Part shown: positions 62,810 to 64,000 of the stretch, one piece after another
Numbering within the stretch: the stretch's first letter is position 1
How the letters are laid out: each line of letters begins with the position of its first letter
Assembly: GCA_964493715.1 (NCBI GenBank)
Contig: CAZBPC010000001.1
Coordinates: 87,032 to 151,031, forward strand
DNA: 64,000 bases
DNA from: an uncultured archaeon
GTDB lineage: Archaea > Asgardarchaeota > Lokiarchaeia > Sigyniarchaeales > SOKP01
Direction: 5' to 3'
Notes under the pieces: generated by a model
Told to the model about the DNA's origin: nothing
The model's input: only the letters and a program-made list of their open reading frames with translations
Database searches by the model: none
Program-made: the position numbers and the translations under genes

Positions 62810-64000
62810 TTAGTTCTGAAAAACGATAGGATTTGCATTTTCGACAAATTTTAATATTTTTTTACTCAATCGATTTAAAATAGGGTTAAATATCTTTAAA
62901 ATAAAAAGATAAACGGGTTCAATAATCGGTAGAGCTTTTATCATAAAATTATTCAAAGAATTTGAAAATGGAACTAGTATAAAGGAAAATACTTTTCTTA
63001 TTTTTTTTAGCGCTTTTAAAAAGGTATCTATTAATATCAAAAATCGCATGAATCTCCTTTCCATTTTTCTGAGCTTTTTAGAAGGTATTTTTTTGATTTT
63101 TTTTTCCCCAGGGTGATCATACGTCTCAAAGAGCCAATTTTGAAAATACCTAAAAAACATCTTTATCCATTTAGTTATTATAGTTGGGTCCTTATAAACA
63201 TAAGAAAGAAGAATTTTAAAGAAGGGAGTCATAAAATGGGTTAACGCCCCCAAACCCCACCCATTATGAATATATTCTTTCAGCTTTTTTAAATCGTGCT
63301 CTTCTTGTGCAATTCGTAAATTATACCTATTTTTTCCCGAAATTGACCATTGAATTATTGGATGTTCTTTTATCTTTCGGTCATATTTCTCCAAAAATGA
63401 TTTTGAAGTATCATTGACTTTTATTGCTTCAATTGCTATGTTAGCAGCTATTTCTGCAGAAAACCAAGCTGCAGGGACTCCATCACATAATTCTGTGCTT
63501 TCAAGTCCTGCTGCATCTCCAATCAATATCATACCATTTGTGTGATTAGCCATAATACGTAAGTTTTTGTTCAAACCAACATATATTTCAAATCCTGCCC
63601 ACATCCTTGCCCTTAATTCAGCATGAGGAGCTACTAGAGTTTTCCACCAAGGTAATTTTTCGGTAATGTTGCGATGGTATTCTTTAAAATAATTAGTCAA
63701 ATTTGTGACCATATTGCCATTTTTCCTTAAGCACTGATCCTGCATAAAGTGAAGAGAATTTCGATAAGGCCAGACCATTAGACCGTTTCCATAACCAAGA
63801 GGAGGTGCTATCTTTTGTTCATCCCATCCCCAACACATTTTTACAGAATAACCAAAAATCTTATCAATAAATTCTTTTGGCATGATATAATCATAAACGT
63901 CTGCCAAGGAAATAGTCTCAGGCTTATATTTTTTTCTTATACCTGCTTTTATTGCTAACAGTCCTTTTGAACCTTCGGCATCAATGACAATTTTACACCG
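62810..64000 (-). CDS. FAD-dependent oxidoreductase, FixC/ETF-QO or geranylgeranyl-reductase family (5' end beyond window), with basic amphipathic C-terminal extension
   Basis: The frame is open to nt 64000 (GVKIVIDAEGSKGLLAIKAG...). It has the GDAAG motif (MILIGDAAGLES). The last about 110 aa are Lys/Phe/Ile-rich and not typical of the family. Confidence 0.7.
   Translation of the reverse strand, partial: RCKIVIDAEGSKGLLAIKAGIRKKYKPETISLADVYDYIMPKEFIDKIFGYSVKMCWGWDEQKIAPPLGYGNGLMVWPYRNSLHFMQDQCLRKNGNMVTNLTNYFKEYHRNITEKLPWWKTLVAPHAELRARMWAGFEIYVGLNKNLRIMANHTNGMILIGDAAGLESTELCDGVPAAWFSAEIAANIAIEAIKVNDTSKSFLEKYDRKIKEHPIIQWSISGKNRYNLRIAQEEHDLKKLKEYIHNGWGLGALTHFMTPFFKILLSYVYKDPTIITKWIKMFFRYFQNWLFETYDHPGEKKIKKIPSKKLRKMERRFMRFLILIDTFLKALKKIRKVFSFILVPFSNSLNNFMIKALPIIEPVYLFILKIFNPILNRLSKKILKFVENANPIVFQN

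Noticed and set aside
1-64000. Search for CRISPR arrays, rRNA genes, transposases, integrases or prophage modules
   Set aside because: I saw no regularly spaced direct repeats with unique spacers, no rRNA-like conserved blocks and no DDE or tyrosine/serine recombinase motifs. Only the 91-bp duplicated gene start was found as a notable repeat.

Overview
AT-rich (about 30% GC by eye), gene-dense archaeal chromosomal segment. About 55 protein genes are supportable, plus 2 tRNAs, 2 pseudogenes and a few candidate structured RNAs. I saw no rRNA, CRISPR array, transposase or integrase. The archaeal assignment rests on aCPSF1, proteasome beta subunit, a TFIIB-like factor, RadA plus a RadB-like protein, an aEF-2 family GTPase, Hel308- and Hef-type helicases, and an intron-containing tRNA. 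Several eukaryote-like traits suggest an Asgard (Lokiarchaeia-like) origin: ITPK1-like ATP-grasp kinases, an EF-2 paralog without the diphthamide histidine, and a Hef with a FANCM-like dead nuclease domain. That placement is inference only. Housekeeping genes recognised: parvulin and FKBP PPIases, dNTP triphosphohydrolase, PurN, PncA, LMW-PTP, UppP, a PflX-like radical SAM enzyme, a ThiF-type E1-like enzyme and a FixC/FixX-like pair. Most interesting items: (1) a tightly coupled four-gene minus-strand operon (32515-38863). It encodes two membrane proteins, a 1261-aa four-TM protein whose HerA/VirB4-like P-loop domain has degenerate Walker motifs, and a protein with an RNxxxH HEPN-like motif. 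It sits beside a GC-rich structured RNA candidate, an HhH membrane protein, a SWIM-containing Hel308-like helicase and a Hef-like operon. I cannot assign it to any named system. (2) An inositol island (17121-23504): inositol-3-phosphate synthase and an MFS/GPH transporter surrounded by four ATP-grasp paralogs, at least two of them clearly ITPK1-like. (3) A tRNA-Gln with two 28-nt introns, one at a non-canonical T-loop position. (4) A 91-bp direct repeat duplicating a gene 5' end around a Nudix pseudogene. All functional calls come from motif recognition by eye; no database search was run.
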